Shown here piece by piece: positions 19,247-33,311 of a stretch of DNA of 36,174 bases. The position numbers were made by a program, and so were the translations under genes. The notes beneath the pieces were generated by a model. It worked only from the letters and a program-made list of their open reading frames with translations. It made no database searches and was not told the DNA's origin. This DNA comes from Macrostomum lignano (lineage: Eukaryota): positions 1-36,174 of the forward strand of contig NIVC01003857.1 of assembly GCA_002269645.1 (NCBI GenBank), in the 5' to 3' direction. Numbering within the stretch: the stretch's first letter is position 1; each line of letters starts with the position of its first letter.

Positions 19247-19768
19247 ACGCACCGGGCACTTGTTGGTACGGTATACAATGGTGGGCACTTATTTTGCAAT
19301 TTTTTTGACACACAAAAACACACATACACACAGTGCAATGACCTATTAAGTATTTTTAGCATTTAAATGATGAAAAAAAGCATACATTGAAATAAAAAAG
19401 CACGTCCCATACTAATAGTATGATCTATTGAAAGTGAAGTAATAGCGTAACATCGTGTACCTACGAGCTATATTGTCCTCAGTCCAGCGAATTCAGCATT
19501 ACTTGAAATACAAAAGGCTTCGTTAAAGCCAATCCACATGAAGGAAAAACTAGTTACAAGCAGTCTATTTACCTTTACCTTTACTAATACGCTATAATGC
19601 TGTACGCAATATGCCTGACTAATATGAATAAAAAATTCAATTACACTTGCGCTTAGGAAAAAACCTAAAATTGACAGTGAAACTGAAAAACTGAAACGCA
19701 GAGATTAGTTAAGCAGATTAAACAACAAATTCCGGTCGAGTGAGAAAACAGGAGTCTCGTTATTTAGA

Positions 19769-22700
19769 GCACTCTGGCATCCAGCATTACGCTCATAGAC
19801 TATTAGCTGCTCTCCTGAGTTCGAAGCTGACAGGTCCGTTGCAGCGGCATCGATTGAGTCGACTGCCAATTTAGTCAATGGGTTTCGTTTCTTCTTTTCA
19901 CTGGAACCTGTGGTGGGATTAGCAAAAGATCGATTTCGCATATCTATTTAGTGATTTCAAGGACGACAAAATCATTCTTCTCTGCATGTCTGCTCCAGAA
20001 GATGCTAGTTTGCTTGCAGCTTTCTGTAGGAGCATTCTACTTTAGTAAAGTATACCCATTCTAAAATAAGCTGTTTTTTATATGTCCCAACAAGTCTCTG
20101 TGCAGTGTGTCATCCGTTTGCCCATCAATTTGTTCTGGAGCCCTTTATTAATTGAGTTCTTTAGGTGACTTAACAAATGCGGAAAAAACTAGACACACAC
20201 ACACAGTGGCCCAACACTTCGTGTCCCAATAATTGCTAGGAAAAATGCACTGCAGTGTTTAAGCATCTCCTCTGAGGGGCCCTTGCATGCATAGCTATAG
20301 AATCTGCTAAGACCCGATCTGAGAGTTAAAAGTACAAAAAGTTATAACGCTTCTAGACACGAAAACGAATCCAGCCACAGCATGAACTAACCTTTCATTG
20401 AAGCTTCTGCTTAAGACTTTGATGCTGTGAAGCATTCTGGCATCTAGCATTACTCTCGTAGACTATTAGCTGCTCTCCTGAGTTCGAAGCTGACAGGTCC
20501 GTTGCAGCGGCATCGATTGAGTCGACTGCCAATTTAGTCAATGGGTTTCGTTTCTTCTTTTCACTGGAACCTGTGGTGGGATTAGCAAAAGATCGATTTC
20601 GCATATCTTTTAGTGATTTCAAGGACGACAAAATCATTCTTCTCTGCATGTCTGCTCCAGAAGATGCTAGTTTGCTTGCAGCTTTCTGTAGGAGCATTCT
20701 ACTTTAGTAAAGTATACCCATTCTAAAATAAGCTGTTTTTATATGTCCCAACAAGTCTCTGTGCAGTGTGTCATCCGTTTGCCCATCAATTTGTTCTGGA
20801 GCCCTTTATTAATTGAGTTCTTTAGGTGACTTAACAAATGCGGAAAAAACTAGACACACACACACAGTGGCCCAACACTTCGTGTCCCAATAATTGCTAG
20901 GAAAAATGCACTGCAGTGTTTAAGCATCTCCTCTGAGGGGCCCTTGCATGCATAGCTATAGAATCTGCTAAGACCCGATCTGAGAGTTAAAAGTACAAAA
21001 AGTTATAACGCTTCTAGACACGAAAACGAATGCAGCCACAGCATGAACTAACCTTTCATTGAAGCTTCTGCTTAAGACTTTGATGCTGTGAAGCATTCTG
21101 GCATCTAGCATTACTCTCGTAGACTATTAGCTGCTCTCCTGAGTTCGAAGCTGACAGGTCCGTTGCAGCGGCATCGATTGAGTCGACTGCCAATTTAGTC
21201 AATGGGTTTCGTTTCTTCTTTTCACTGGAACCTGTGGTGGGATTAGCAAAAGATCGATTTCGCATATCTATTTAGTGATTTCAAGGACGACAAAATCATT
21301 CTTCTCTGCATGTCTGCTCCAGAAGATGCTAGTTTGCTTGCAGCTTTCTGTAGGAGCATTCTACTTTAGTAGTAAAGTATACCCATTCTAAAATAAGCTG
21401 TTTTTATATGTCCCAACAAGTCTCTGTGCAGTGTGTCATCCGTTTGCCCATCAATTTGTTCTGGAGCCCTTTATTAATTGAGTTCTTTAGGTGACTTAAC
21501 AAATGCGGAAAAAACTAGACACAACACACAGTGGCCCAACACTTCGTGTCCCAATAATTGCTAGGAAAAATGCACTGCAGTGTTTAAGCATCTCCTCTGA
21601 GGGGCCCTTGCATGCATAGCTATAGAATCTGCTAAGACCCGATCTGAGAGTTAAAAGTACAAAAAGTTATAACGCTTCTAGACACGAAAACGAATCCAGC
21701 CACAGCATGAACTAACCTTTCATTGAAGCTTCTGCTTAAGACTTTGATGCTGTGAAGCATTCTGGCATCTAGCATTACTCTCGTAGTCTATTAGCTGCTC
21801 TCCTGAGTTCGAAGCTGACAGGTCCGTTGCAGCGGCATCGATTGAGTCGACTGCCAATTTAGTCAATGGGTTTCGTTTCTTCTTTTCACTGGAACCTGTG
21901 GTGGGATTAGCAAAAGATCGATTTCGCATATCTATTTAGTGATTTCAAGGACGACAAAATCATTCTTCTCTGCATGTCTGCTCCAGAAGATGCTAGTTTG
22001 CTTGCAGCTTTCTGTAGGAGCATTCTACTTTAGAGTAAAGTATACCCATTCTAAAATAAGCTGTTTTTATATGTCCCAACAAGTCTCTGTGCAGTGTGTC
22101 ATCCGTTTGCCCATCAATTTGTTCTGGAGCCCTTTATTAATTGAGTTCTTTAGGTGACTTAACAAATGCGGAAAAAACTAGACACACACACACAGTGGCC
22201 CAACACTTCGTGTCCCAATAATTGCTAGGAAAAATGCAATGCAGTGTTTAAGCATCTCCTCTGAGGGGCCCTTGCATGCATAGCTATAGAATCTGCTAAG
22301 ACCCGATCTGAGAGTTAAAAGTACAAAAAGTTATAACGCTTCTAGACACGAAAACGAATCCAGCCACAGCATGAACTAACCTTTCATTGAAGCTTCTGCT
22401 TAAGACTTTGATGCTGTGAAGCATTCTGGCATCTAGCATTACTCTCGTAGACTATTAGCTGCTCTCCTGAGTTCGAAGCTGACAGGTCCGTTGCAGCGGC
22501 ATCGATTGAGTCGACTGCCAATTTAGTCAATGGGTTTCGTTTCTTCTTTTCACTGGAACCTGTGGTGGGATTAGCAAAAGATCGATTTCGCATATCTTTT
22601 AGTGATTTCAAGGACGACAAAATCATTCTTCTCTGCATGTCTGCTCCAGAAGATGCTAGTTTGCTTGCAGCTTTCTGTAGGAGCATTCTACTTTAGTAAA

Positions 22701-25700
22701 GTATACCCATTCTAAAATAAGCTGTTTTTATATGTCCCAACAAGTCTCTGTGCAGTGTGTCATCCGTTTGCCCATCAATTTGTTCTGGAGCCCTTTATTA
22801 ATTGAGTTCTTTAGGTGACTTAACAAATGCGGAAAAAACTAGACACACACACACAGTGGCCCAACACTTCGTGTCCCAATAATTGCTAGGAAAAATGCAC
22901 TGCAGTGTTTAAGCATCTCCTCTGAGGGGCCCTTGCATGCATAGCTATAGAATCTGCTAAGACCCGATCTGAGAGTTAAAAGTACAAAAAGTTATAACGC
23001 TTCTAGACACGAAAACGAATCAGCCACAGCATGAACTAACCTTTCATTGAAGCTTCTGCTTAAGACTTTGATGCTGTGAAGCATTCTGGCATCTAGCATT
23101 ACTCTCGTAGACTATTAGCTGCTCTCCTGAGTTCGAAGCTGACAGGTCCGTTGCAGCGGCATCGATTGAGTCGACTGCCAATTTAGTCAATGGGTTTCGT
23201 TTCTTCTTTTCACTGGAACCTGTGGTGGGATTAGCAAAAGATCGATTTCGCATATCTATTTAGTGATTTCAAGGACGACAAAATCATTCTTCTCTGCATG
23301 TCTGCTCCAGAAGATGCTAGTTTGCTTGCAGCTTTCTGTAGGAGCATTCTACTTTAGTAAGTAAAGTATACCCATTCTAAAATAAGCTGTTTTTATATGT
23401 CCCAACAAGTCTCTGTGCAGTGTGTCATCCGTTTGCCCATCAATTTGTTCTGGAGCCCTTTATTAATTGAGTTCTTTAGGTGACTTAACAAATGCGGAAA
23501 AAACTAGACACACACACAGTGGCCCAACACTTCGTGTCCCAATAATTGCTAGGAAAAATGCACTGCAGTGTTTAAGCATCTCCTCTGAGGGGCCCTTGCA
23601 TGCATAGCTATAGAATCTGCTAAGACCCGATCTGAGAGTTAAAAGTACAAAAAGTTATAACGCTTCTAGACACGAAAACGAATCAGCCACAGCATGAACT
23701 AACCTTTCATTGAAGCTTCTGCTTAAGACTTTGATGCTGTGAAGCATTCTGGCATCTAGCATTACTCTCGTAGACTATTAGCTGCTCTCCTGAGTTCGAA
23801 GCTGACAGGTCCGTTGCAGCGGCATCGATTGAGTCGACTGCCAATTTAGTCAATGGGTTTCGTTTCTTCTTTTCACTGGAACCTGTGGTGGGATTAGCAA
23901 AAGATCGATTTCGCATATCTATTTAGTGATTTCAAGGACGACAAAATCATTCTTCTCTGCATGTCTGCTCCAGAAGATGCTAGTTTGCTTGCAGCTTTCT
24001 GTAGGAGCATTCTACTTTAGTAAGTAAAGTATACCCATTCTAAAATAAGCTGTTTTTATATGTCCCAACAAGTCTCTGTGCAGTGTGTCATCCGTTTGCC
24101 CATCAATTTGTTCTGGAGCCCTTTATTAATTGAGTTCTTTAGGTGACTTAACAAATGCGGAAAAAACTAGACACACACACAGTGGCCCAACACTTCGTGT
24201 CCCAATAATTGCTAGGAAAAATGCACTGCAGTGTTTAAGCATCTCCTCTGAGGGGCCCTTGCATGCATAGCTATAGAATCTGCTAAGACCCGATCTGAGA
24301 GTTAAAAGTACAAAAAGTTATAACGCTTCTAGACACGAAAACGAATGCAGCCACAGCATGAACTAACCTTTCATTGAAGCTTCTGCTTAAGACTTTGATG
24401 CTGTGAAGCATTCTGGCATCTAGCATTACTCTCGTAGACTATTAGCTGCTCTCCTGAGTTCGAAGCTGACAGGTCCGTTGCAGCGGCATCGATTGAGTCG
24501 ACTGCCAATTTAGTCAATGGGTTTCGTTTCTTCTTTTCACTGGAACCTGTGGTGGGATTAGCAAAAGATCGATTTCGCATATCTATTTAGTGATTTCAAG
24601 GACGACAAAATCATTCTTCTCTGCATGTCTGCTCCAGAAGATGCTAGTTTGCTTGCAGCTTTCTGTAGGAGCATTCTACTTTAGTAAGTAAAGTATACCC
24701 ATTCTAAAATAAGCTGTTTTTATATGTCCCAACAAGTCTCTGTGCAGTGTGTCATCCGTTTGCCCATCAATTTGTTCTGGAGCCCTTTATTAATTGAGTT
24801 CTTTAGGTGACTTAACAAATGCGGAAAAAACTAGACACACACACACAGTGGCCCAACACTTCGTGTCCCAATAATTGCTAGGAAAAATGCACTGCAGTGT
24901 TTAAGCATCTCCTCTGAGGGGCCCTTGCATGCATAGCTATAGAATCTGCTAAGACCCGATCTGAGAGTTAAAAGTACAAAAAGTTATAACGCTTCTAGAC
25001 ACGAAAACGAATGCAGCCACAGCATGAACTAACCTTTCATTGAAGCTTCTGCTTAAGACTTTGATGCTGTGAAGCATTCTGGCATCTAGCATTACTCTCG
25101 TAGACTATTAGCTGCTCTCCTGAGTTCGAAGCTGACAGGTCCGTTGCAGCGGCATCGATTGAGTCGACTGCCAATTTAGTCAATGGGTTTCGTTTCTTCT
25201 TTTCACTGGAACCTGTGGTGGGATTAGCAAAAGATCGATTTCGCATATCTATTTAGTGATTTCAAGGACGACAAAATCATTCTTCTCTGCATGTCAGCTC
25301 CAGAAGATGCTAGTTTGCTTGCAGCTTTCTGTAGGAGCATTCTACTTTAGTAAGTGTATACCCATTCTAAAATAAGCTGTTTTTATATGTCCCAACAAGT
25401 CTCTGTGCAGTGTGTCATCCGTTTGCCCATCAATTTGTTCTGGAGCCCTTTATTAATTGAGTTCTTTAGGTGACTTAACAAATGCGGAAAAAACTAGACA
25501 CACACACACAGTGGCCCAACACTTCGTGTCCCAATAATTGCTAGGAAAAATGCACTGCAGTGTTTAAGCATCTCCTCTGAGGGGCCCTTGCATGCATAGC
25601 TATAGAATCTGCTAAGACCCGATCTGAGAGTTAAAAGTACAAAAAGTTATAACGCTTCTAGACACGAAAACGAATGCAGCCACAGCATGAACTAACCTTT

Positions 25701-28700
25701 CATTGAAGCTTCTGCTTAAGACTTTGATGCTGTGAAGCATTCTGGCATCTAGCATTACTCTCGTAGACTATTAGCTGCTCTCCTGAGTTCGAAGCTGACA
25801 GGTCCGTTGCAGCGGCATCGATTGAGTCGACTGCCAATTTAGTCAATGGGTTTCGTTTCTTCTTTTCACTGGAACCTGTGGTGGGATTAGCAAAAGATCG
25901 ATTTCGCATATCTATTTAGTGATTTCAAGGACGACAAAATCATTCTTCTCTGCATGTCAGCTCCAGAAGATGCTAGTTTGCTTGCAGCTTTCTGTAGGAG
26001 CATTCTACTTTAGTAAAGTGTACCCATTCTAAAATAAGCTGTTTTTATATGTCCCAACAAGTCTCTGTGCAGTGTGTCATCCGTTTGCCCATCAATTTGT
26101 TCTGGAGCCCTTTATTAATTGAGTTCTTTAGGTGACTTAACAAATGCGGAAAAAACTAGACACACACACAGTGGCCCAACACTTCGTGTCCCAATAATTG
26201 CTAGGAAAAATGCACTGCAGTGTTTAAGCATCTCCTCTGAGGGGCCCTTGCATGCATAGCTATAGAATCTGCTAAGACCCGATCTGAGAGTTAAAAGTAC
26301 AAAAAGTTATAACGCTTCTAGACACGAAAACGAATGCAGCCACAGCATGAACTAACCTTTCATTGAAGCTTCTGCTTAAGACTTTGATGCTGTGAAGCAT
26401 TCTGGCATCTAGCATTACTCTCGTAGACTATTAGCTGCTCTCCTGAGTTCGAAGCTGACAGGTCCGTTGCAGCGGCATCGATTGAGTCGACTGCCAATTT
26501 AGTCAATGGGTTTCGTTTCTTCTTTTCACTGGAACCTGTGGTGGGATTAGCAAAAGATCGATTTCGCATATCTATTTAGTGATTTCAAGGACGACAAAAT
26601 CATTCTTCTCTGCATGTCTGCTCCAGAAGATGCTAGTTTGCTTGCAGCTTTCTGTAGGAGCATTCTACTTTAGTAAAGTGTACCCATTCTAAAATAAGCT
26701 GTTTTTATATGTCCCAACAAGTCTCTGTGCAGTGTGTCATCCGTTTGCCCATCAATTTGTTCTGGAGCCCTTTATTAATTGAGTTCTTTAGGTGACTTAA
26801 CAAATGCGGAAAAAACTAGACACACACACACAGTGGCCCAACACTTCGTGTCCCAATAATTGCTAGGAAAAATGCACTGCAGTGTTTAAGCATCTCCTCT
26901 GAGGGGCCCTTGCATGCATAGCTATAGAATCTGCTAAGACCCGATCTGAGAGTTAAAAGTACAAAAAGTTATAACGCTTCTAGACACGAAAACGAATGCA
27001 GCCACAGCATGAACTAACCTTTCATTGAAGCTTCTGCTTAAGACTTTGATGCTGTGAAGCATTCTGGCATCTAGCATTACTCTCGTAGACTATTAGCTGC
27101 TCTCCTGAGTTCGAAGCTGACAGGTCCGTTGCAGCGGCATCGATTGAGTCGACTGCCAATTTAGTCAATGGGTTTCGTTTCTTCTTTTCACTGGAACCTG
27201 TGGTGGGATTAGCAAAAGATCGATTTCGCATATCTATTTAGTGATTTCAAGGACGACAAAATCATTCTTCTCTGCATGTCAGCTCCAGAAGATGCTAGTT
27301 TGCTTGCAGCTTTCTGTAGGAGCATTCTACTTTAGTAAAGTGTATACCCATTCTAAAATAAGCTGTTTTTATATGTCCCAACAAGTCTCTGTGCAGTGTG
27401 TCATCCGTTTGCCCATCAATTTGTTCTGGAGCCCTTTATTAATTGAGTTCTTTAGGTGACTTAACAAATGCGGAAAAAACTAGACACACACACACAGTGG
27501 CCCAACACTTCGTGTCCCAATAATTGCTAGGAAAAATGCACTGCAGTGTTTAAGCATCTCCTCTGAGGGGCCCTTGCATGCATAGCTATAGAATCTGCTA
27601 AGACCCGATCTGAGAGTTAAAAGTACAAAAAGTTATAACGCTTCTAGACACGAAAACGAATGCAGCCACAGCATGAACTAACCTTTCATTGAAGCTTCTG
27701 CTTAAGACTTTGATGCTGTGAAGCATTCTGGCATCTAGCATTACTCTCGTAGACTATTAGCTGCTCTCCTGAGTTCGAAGCTGACAGGTCCGTTGCAGTC
27801 GGCATCGATTGAGTCGACTGCCAATTTAGTCAATGGGTTTCGTTTCTTCTTTTCACTGGAACCTGTGGTGGGATTAGCAAAAGATCGATTTCGCATATCT
27901 ATTTAGTGATTTCAAGGACGACAAAATCATTCTTCTCTGCATGTCAGCTCCAGAAGATGCTAGTTTGCTTGCAGCTTTCTGTAGGAGCATTCTACTTTAG
28001 TAAAGTATACCCATTCTAAAATAAGCTGTTTTTAATATGTCCCAACAAGTCTCTGTGCAGTGTGTCATCCGTTTGCCCATCAATTTGTTCTGGAGCCCTT
28101 TATTAATTGAGTTCTTTAGGTGACTTAACAAATGCGGAAAAAACTAGACACACACACACAGTGGCCCAACACTTCGTGTCCCAATAATTGCTAGGAAAAA
28201 TGCACTGCAGTGTTTAAGCATCTCCTCTGAGGGGCCCTTGCATGCATAGCTATAGAATCTGCTAAGACCCGATCTGAGAGTTAAAAGTACAAAAAGTTAT
28301 AACGCTTCTAGACACGAAAACGAATGCAGCCACAGCATGAACTAACCTTTCATTGAAGCTTCTGCTTAAGACTTTGATGCTGTGAAGCATTCTGGCATCT
28401 AGCATTACTCTCGTAGACTATTAGCTGCTCTCCTGAGTTCGAAGCTGACAGGTCCGTTGCAGTCGGCATCGATTGAGTCGACTGCCAATTTAGTCAATGG
28501 GTTTCGTTTCTTCTTTTCACTGGAACCTGTGGTGGGATTAGCAAAAGATCGATTTCGCATATCTATTTAGTGATTTCAAGGACGACAAAATCATTCTTCT
28601 CTGCATGTCAGCTCCAGAAGATGCTAGTTTGCTTGCAGCTTTCTGTAGGAGCATTCTACTTTAGTAAAGTGTACCCATTCTAAAATAAGCTGTTTTTAAT

Positions 28701-31601
28701 ATGTCCCAACAAGTCTCTGTGCAGTGTGTCATCCGTTTGCCCATCAATTTGTTCTGGAGCCCTTTATTAATTGAGTTCTTTAGGTGACTTAACAAATGCG
28801 GAAAAAACTAGACACACACACAGTGGCCCAACACTTCGTGTCCCAATAATTGCTAGGAAAAATGCACTGCAGTGTTTAAGCATCTCCTCTGAGGGGCCCT
28901 TGCATGCATAGCTATAGAATCTGCTAAGACCCGATCTGAGAGTTAAAAGTACAAAAAGTTATAACGCTTCTAGACACGAAAACGAATGCAGCCACAGCAT
29001 GAACTAACCTTTCATTGAAGCTTCTGCTTAAGACTTTGATGCTGTGAAGCATTCTGGCATCTAGCATTACTCTCGTAGACTATTAGCTGCTCTCCTGAGT
29101 TCGAAGCTGACAGGTCCGTTGCAGTCGGCATCGATTGAGTCGACTGCCAATTTAGTCAATGGGTTTCGTTTCTTCTTTTCACTGGAACCTGTGGTGGGAT
29201 TAGCAAAAGATCGATTTCGCATATCTATTTAGTGATTTCAAGGACGACAAAATCATTCTTCTCTGCATGTCAGCTCCAGAAGATGCTAGTTTGCTTGCAG
29301 CTTTCTGTAGGAGCATTCTACTTTAGTAAAGTGTACCCATTCTAAAATAAGCTGTTTTTAATATGTCCCAACAAGTCTCTGTGCAGTGTGTCATCCGTTT
29401 GCCCATCAATTTGTTCTGGAGCCCTTTATTAATTGAGTTCTTTAGGTGACTTAACAAATGCGGAAAAAACTAGACACACACACAGTGGCCCAACACTTCG
29501 TGTCCCAATAATTGCTAGGAAAAATGCACTGCAGTGTTTAAGCATCTCTCTGAGGGGCCCTTGCATGCATAGCTATAGAATCTGCTAAGACCCGATCTGA
29601 GAGTTAAAAGTACAAAAAGTTATAACGCTTCTAGACACGAAAACGAATGCAGCCACAGCATGAACTAACCTTTCATTGAAGCTTCTGCTTAAGACTTTGA
29701 TGCTGTGAAGCATTCTGGCATCTAGCATTACTCTCGTAGACTATTAGCTGCTCTCCTGAGTTCGAAGCTGACAGGTCCGTTGCAGTCGGCATCGATTGAG
29801 TCGACTGCCAATTTAGTCAATGGGTTTCGTTTCTTCTTTTCACTGGAACCTGTGGTGGGATTAGCAAAAGATCGATTTCGCATATCGATTTAGTGATTTC
29901 AAGGACGACAAAATCATTCTTCTCTGCATGTCAGCTCCAGAAGATGCTAGTTTGCTTGCAGCTTTCTGTAGGAGCATTCTACTTTAGTAAAGTGTACCCA
30001 TTCTAAAATAAGCTGTTTTTAATATGTCCCAACAAGTCTCTGTGCAGTGTGTCATCCGTTTGCCCATCAATTTGTTCTGGAGCCCTTTATTAATTGAGTT
30101 CTTTAGGTGACTTAACAAATGCGGAAAAAACTAGACACACACACAGTGGCCCAACACTTCGTGTCCCAATAATTGCTAGGAAAAATGCACTGCAGTGTTT
30201 AAGCATCTCTCTGAGGGGCCCTTGCATGCATAGCTATAGAATCTGCTAAGACCCGATCTGAGAGTTAAAAGTACAAAAAGTTATAACGCTTCTAGACACG
30301 AAAACGAATGCAGCCACAGCATGAACTAACCTTTCATTGAAGCTTCTGCTTAAGACTTTGATGCTGTGAAGCATTCTGGCATCTAGCATTACTCTCGTAG
30401 ACTATTAGCTGCTCTCCTGAGTTCGAAGCTGACAGGTCAGTTGCAGTCGGCATCGATTGAGTCGACTGCCAATTTAGTCAATGGGTTTCGTTTCTTCTTT
30501 TCACTGGAACCTGTGGTGGGATTAGCAAAAGATCGATTTCGCATATCTGTTTAGTGATTTCAAGGACGACAAAATCATTCTTCTCTGCATGTCAGCTCCA
30601 GAAGATGCTAGTTTGCTTGCAGCTTTCTGTAGGAGCATTCTACTTTAGTAAAGTGTACCCATTCTAAAATAAGCTGTTTTTAATATGTCCCAACAAGTCT
30701 CTGTGCAGTGTGTCATCCGTTTGCCCATCAATTTGTTCTGGAGCCCTTTATTAATTGAGTTCTTTAGGTGACTTAACAAATGCGGAAAAAACTAGACACA
30801 CACACAGTGGCCCAACACTTCGTGTCCCAATAATTGCTAGGAAAAATGCACTGCAGTGTTTAAGCATCTCCTCTGAGGGGCCCTTGCATGCATAGCTATA
30901 GAATCTGCTAAGACCCGATCTGAGAGTTAAAAGTACAAAAAGTTATAACGCTTCTAGACACGAAAACGAATGCAGCCACAGCATGAACTAACCTTTCATT
31001 GAAGCTTCTGCTTAAGACTTTGATGCTGTGAAGCATTCTGGCATCTAGCATTACTCTCGTAGTCTATTAGCTGCTCTCCTGAGTTCGAAGCTGACAGGTC
31101 AGTTGCAGTCGGCATCGATTGAGTCGACTGCCAATTTAGTCAATGGGTTTCGTTTCTTCTTTTCACTGGAACCTGTGGTGGGATTAGCAAAAGATCGATT
31201 TCGCATATCGATTTAGTGATTTCAAGGACGACAAAATCATTCTTCTCTGCATGTCAGCTCCAGAAGATGCTAGTTTGCTTGCAGCTTTCTGTAGGAGCAT
31301 TCTACTTTAGTAAAGTGTACCCATTCTAAAATAAGCTGTTTTTAATATGTCCCAACAAGTCTCTGTGCAGTGTGTCATCCGTTTGCCCATCAATTTGTTC
31401 TGGAGCCCTTTATTAATTGAGTTCTTTAGGTGACTTAACAAATGCGGAAAAAACTAGACACACACACAGTGGCCCAACACTTCGTGTCCCAATAATTGCT
31501 AGGAAAAATGCACTGCAGTGTTTAAGCATCTCTTCTGAGGGGCCCTTGCATGCATAGCTATAGAATCTGCTAAGACCCGATCTGAGAGTTAAAAGTACAA
31601 A
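19769..31601. repeat. Tandem array of a ~663-bp unit, about 18 copies (macrosatellite)
   Basis: Near-identical units recurring every 660-666 bp; the ORF track repeats the same 69-aa ORF with this period. The first copy is diverged at its left edge. Confidence 0.99.
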
Positions 31602-32797
31602 ACTTATAATTTTTGTGGTTGGACACGTAGGCTATTGAATGTCAATGGATTCAGACGAAATGTCAAGTTTTACTCAAAGCTTTTACAGCTTACCGGTTAA
31701 AGTCGACGGATCCTTTGGCAATTGCGCCACATGGCAGTTGATCAAAGGTGATATACCTGAAGGAAAGGTAGGTACTGCTTAGCAGGAGCAGTATTTTTTA
31801 TAGCATTTAAATATAAATGCTTCTTGTTTCCGACAAAGTTTTTTAATACCACTTACATGTTTATCGCTGTGCCATTCCATGCTGTTCTTTCCATACCATG
31901 GTGACTCGGGTGCCATGGCAGAGGCAGAGTTGACCATTGATTTCAGCATGGCGAGTACATGCCAATTTTGTTTACCGTACGTTTGCGGGGTGGCGTCAAT
32001 AATAGACCAAAATAAATGTACACCTAACTAGCAAGGGGACTCTGGTAAATTGGAGCCATGTACACAGGGGGGTAGGGCTTAGTCCTAACATGTATGGGGT
32101 AAGTCCTAATATGAGTGGGCTTTTGTAAACGACACTCTAGCACACAGTTCCAACAATTTATAGAATATCGAATGCGCGCAGCAGTCAATAGCATGAGTCC
32201 TAACAAGAGTGGGCTGTTGTATTCAACACTGCAACACTGTCCTAACAATTTAGTTCGTGTAGAGTACTGATGCCCATCACAGTCAGAAGTAAATTTAAGC
32301 CCTTGTCATTTCTTTAGGTTTATCTCCATCCAGAACCATCCTTTGACAATAAAATACCCTTAAAAGTGTTTTGCTATGCTTTGCTTTGTATGTATTTTAA
32401 TGTATGCTATGTATTTACGTCTTAAAACAAAGACTGCAGCAAATGAATGCGCTTGAAATCTACTATTAGTAAAAATATGAGAAAAAACCAATAAAAATAT
32501 GCGGGAGCAGATTAGCCATTTCAGTGTCCCAATAGTGATTTGGTCGAATTTTGTATCATTTTTACTTATTGGGACGCCAGTTTTTGCTTATTTATTGACA
32601 CAGCAAGTAAAATTATTAAAAATGAGTTGCACCATCAAAAAGAGGCTGTCGAGCTGAATCCATAGAGTATTTTTTTGAGCTGCTATTGTAACTTTTTTGG
32701 AAGTGTTGGACGGACTTGATGGGACAGTCCCAACATTTTTTTTGGCCCAACAGTGCGGGTCCCGTTGTACGCGTATGGCCCAACAAATGCCCCGTGC

Positions 32798-32801
<4 letters not shown>

Positions 32802-32833
<32 letters not shown>
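32802..32833. repeat. (CA)n microsatellite
   Basis: Visible CA run. Confidence 0.95.
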
Positions 32834-32835
<2 letters not shown>

Positions 32836-33311
32836 TACACCCCAGTGAAAGCCTCTGTGTGGTCACTGAGAGAGGCAAACAGCAGGGTAAGAGAGAGAGA
32901 GAGACCAACCCGCATTCACCCCCTGTTGCATGGGCAGAACAGGTGGATACTTGTAATATGCTGAAAGGCTGGTAGCACAGCCCAACATTGTCATAGAGCT
33001 CTCTTTCGCTGATAGTTCATCTGCTTTTGCGTGTCTCGATCATAGGAATATTGGCAATATTATTCTTCCCAATACACCGAACCCACCAGATCCCATGGCA
33101 GTCCACAGAGAGATTTGTTCAGCTGGATTGGGATAACCCGAACCCATTTCGGCAATATTGCTATTGTTTCAGCTAAAATAAGTAGGTTTGCACTATTTTT
33201 TTTGCCTTGATATAGCTACATGTAGATATTGTTGAACCAAGCCATACGAAAAGTAGTGTGATATGAAATTTGAAGTGAATTGCAACAGTCAATCGAAGTA
33301 TATTCCTAGAG

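Noticed and set aside
19769-31601. Array as CRISPR, rDNA, 5S or histone repeat, or as a long repeat-protein CDS
   Set aside because: There are no unique spacers, no rRNA, snRNA or histone similarity that I can recognise, and stops occur in every frame of each unit.
19769-31601. Many 6-bp palindromes (restriction sites) per unit
   Set aside because: About 10 are expected by chance in 663 bp, so there is no clear enrichment.
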